Origin: Pseudobacteriovorax sp. | GTDB taxonomy: Bacteria; Bdellovibrionota_B; Oligoflexia; Oligoflexales; Oligoflexaceae | DNA length: 10,334 nt | Direction: 5' to 3' | Assembly (NCBI GenBank): GCA_050293845.1 | Contig: JBNKNM010000200.1 | Span: 1-10,334 of the forward strand | Part shown: positions 8,531-10,334 of the stretch, piece by piece | How positions within the stretch are numbered: the stretch's first letter is position 1 | Layout of the letters: each line of letters opens with the position of its first letter | Notes under the pieces: generated by a model | What the model saw: the letters and a program-made list of their open reading frames with translations, nothing else | Told to the model about the DNA's origin: nothing | Database searches by the model: none | Translations under genes and position numbers: made by a program

Positions 8531-8977
8531 TTGGATTCAATTAAAGTAAGACCAATGGAATCTAATGACCTAGGGGCCATCGCTGGGCTGTGCCGGGATT
8601 TAGGTTACGAGGTAGAAAAAGCGACTCTGCAACAACGTATGGAGCTGATTTCTACTAAGTCTAATAACGCGATACTGATGGCGGTGAACAGTAAGGATAT
8701 CCCTGTGGGCTGGGCTCATGTCTGGGGGCTATTTCCCCTAGAAGACGAAGCATCATGTCAAATTAGTGGAATAGTGGTAGGGGTGGCTCATCAAGGGCTC
8801 GGCATCGGAAAGATACTTATGGGTGAGGCTGAAAATTGGGCCTTAAAACAAGGCTTCACTACGGTGACGCTTCGCTCCAATATCAACCGATACTCTGCTC
8901 ACAGATTTTATCAGAAACTAGGTTATACCAATACAAAGACCTCTTATGTCTTTAAAAAGGATCTCGTTGCAAAATAA
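8531..8977 (+). CDS. GNAT family N-acetyltransferase
   Basis: Acetyl-CoA motif VVGVAHQGLGIGKILM, plus LRSNINRYSAHRFYQKLGY and N-terminal IKVRP...LCRDLGY. AGGAGG at 8519-8524 points to a TTG start at 8531 rather than GTG 8462. Confidence 0.92.
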   Translation: MDSIKVRPMESNDLGAIAGLCRDLGYEVEKATLQQRMELISTKSNNAILMAVNSKDIPVGWAHVWGLFPLEDEASCQISGIVVGVAHQGLGIGKILMGEAENWALKQGFTTVTLRSNINRYSAHRFYQKLGYTNTKTSYVFKKDLVAK

Positions 8978-8991
8978 TAGCGGAGTTGTTT

Positions 8992-9023
8992 GCAGGAGAA
9001 TGGAGCCAGCTCTAGTTTCCTGC
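8992..9023 (+). other. Hairpin downstream of the GNAT gene (possible terminator or stability element)
   Basis: GCAGGAGA-A-TGGAG-CCAG-CTCTA-G-TTTCCTGC pairs with two G-U wobbles on the + strand, 15 nt after the stop. No clear U-tract. Confidence 0.45.
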
Positions 9024-9151
9024 TACTATCGAGAAGATCTCCAGAAAGGCCCTGCCACAGGGCTGACTCATATCGTAATTCAAAAGCAGGTCCAGCAAGC
9101 ATCTTATTTTCGAATTGAAACTGCGCTTGAATTCTTGAGCTTAAAGAGTCG

Positions 9152-10249
9152 CTACAACAAATTGAAGATCATATATCCATTAGGGGAATAATAATCTTCA
9201 TATTCTTTCACGGTTCTTATTAATAGTCGATTGTTTGAGACTAAAATATCATAGTCGAAGCCATCGAAATCCCACTCATTTTGCGTTGTATCGATCACTA
9301 ATTTCGATTCCATGGGAAGGAGGGGATTGGAAAAATCCATAACAGTCATTTTGGGCCGAAAAAGACTACTTTTGAATCCCTTCTTTTCGTGGATATAGAT
9401 ATATTCACAGTGGCAATCAAATACTGAAAGAATATAATTGGAGGGTGAATAGGATGGTAGGGCTTCTGGGTTAAGAATAGCAATCCCAAACCGGCTTGTT
9501 AGGTATAGTACATCACTGTCGGCAATAAGTTCACTTCTGCCATTTATAAGATGAGCTAAGTCCTTGCCTAGCCAATAACTATGGAAATAGTCCTGAGCAA
9601 ATGGAGTATAAATAGACGTGTTGTAACTTTCGACCACATAGGGAAGACCATTATGAACAGTCATAGTTATTGGTGTTCTATGAAAAAAAGAATCTGGAGA
9701 TTCCCAATTAGACTTATCAAAAATCAGTTTTCTTCCCTCTAAGTGGTAAACGTCAACAACACCATTATTCCAGAGTAGATAAACTTGCTCATCAGCGATT
9801 TTATAGTCTTGGATATAATTAAATCTATCGCTATACGGCTTCATTTCATCTCTTAAAAAACTGAAATTTTCAACGACAGTAGGATTCTGAGGATTGTCAA
9901 TATTTATGGCATTACCCTTAAAACTTTTCCGATCAAAGGAGAAAAAAGTCCCATTAATCACAAAGCTTGGGTTGTATGCTTTCACAGATTCTATGTTACT
10001 TAACTTTGTGATGTTTGTTGGTAGTTCAGATATATCTATTATCTCCGTTTTCCCGCCCAAGGCTGCTATTGCTATATCCCCTATAATATGAAGGATACGA
10101 CTTTCCGTTGCATAGAAGCCTGCGATTGATAGTGATGCTGTTTCAGATACTTCAGTAACACTTGTTAAGTAGGGAGAGACATGCTTAGGCACGTCATTTT
10201 TGTTGTTACTGCTTTCCATAGATAAGTCTTGTTGTACCTCCAGGTCCAT
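9152..10249 (-). CDS. Hypothetical beta-rich protein with LVIVD-like repeats (probable beta-propeller), start uncertain
   Basis: Uninterrupted ~365-codon ORF with recurring IIDISELP, INIDNPQNPTVV, IAILNPEALP and VMDFSNPLLP segments, some preceded by strands such as GDIAIAA and SDVLYLTS. Confidence 0.6.
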   Translation of the reverse strand: MDLEVQQDLSMESSNNKNDVPKHVSPYLTSVTEVSETASLSIAGFYATESRILHIIGDIAIAALGGKTEIIDISELPTNITKLSNIESVKAYNPSFVINGTFFSFDRKSFKGNAINIDNPQNPTVVENFSFLRDEMKPYSDRFNYIQDYKIADEQVYLLWNNGVVDVYHLEGRKLIFDKSNWESPDSFFHRTPITMTVHNGLPYVVESYNTSIYTPFAQDYFHSYWLGKDLAHLINGRSELIADSDVLYLTSRFGIAILNPEALPSYSPSNYILSVFDCHCEYIYIHEKKGFKSSLFRPKMTVMDFSNPLLPMESKLVIDTTQNEWDFDGFDYDILVSNNRLLIRTVKEYEDYYSPNGYMIFNLL

Positions 10250-10334
10250 CAACGAATATGAGTTTTCCTTGATTCGTATCTACAGACTCCATAATCGCAT
10301 GAAATGCAATTTTTGACCATCATTTAAATTAGCA

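Noticed and set aside
8990..9070. Cobalamin riboswitch-like words GAGCCAG and GCCAC
   Set aside because: Wrong order, no GGGAA or CCCGCAACTG core, and located downstream of convergent genes rather than in a leader.
4511..10091. ORFs 4511-4708, 5163-5528, 5774-5983, 8946-9191, 9894-10091
   Set aside because: Most are antisense to or overlap stronger genes, and none has a motif. In 8946-9191 the AGGAG lies only 1 nt from the internal ATG and inside a hairpin.
2418..10282. TAG recoding (alternative genetic code), since six genes end in TAG and two TAGs have open flanking frames
   Set aside because: cobB, cobQ, HAD and GNAT have no internal TAG, and cobQ, the S46-like gene and the SEC-C gene stop at their expected family C-termini.
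1..10334. CRISPR arrays, tRNA/rRNA, IS elements, integrases, defence or toxin-antitoxin systems
   Set aside because: No regularly spaced repeats, cloverleaf, or transposase or nuclease motifs seen by eye. The GNAT has no adjacent antitoxin-like gene.

Overview
Bacterial chromosomal window of moderately low GC. The left end holds the tail of a cobalamin operon: 5'-truncated cobB/cbiA, complete cobQ/cbiP, then a strong hairpin. The rest is a patchwork of unlinked accessory genes: a YfbT/HxpA-like HAD phosphatase, a HEAT-like/SEC-C protein, a Cys-rich lipoprotein, a secreted S46 (DPP7/DAP BII-like) peptidase homologue, a sterol desaturase/fatty acid hydroxylase pseudogene broken by three frameshifts, a GNAT acetyltransferase and an LVIVD-like repeat protein. 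The best observation is that the S46 homologue is an intact ORF with signal peptide and structural cysteines but appears to have lost its whole His-Asp-Ser triad, making it a candidate pseudo-peptidase. I found no rRNA, tRNA, CRISPR array, transposase or defence system, and no convincing new multi-gene system. All family calls come from recalled motifs, not database searches.
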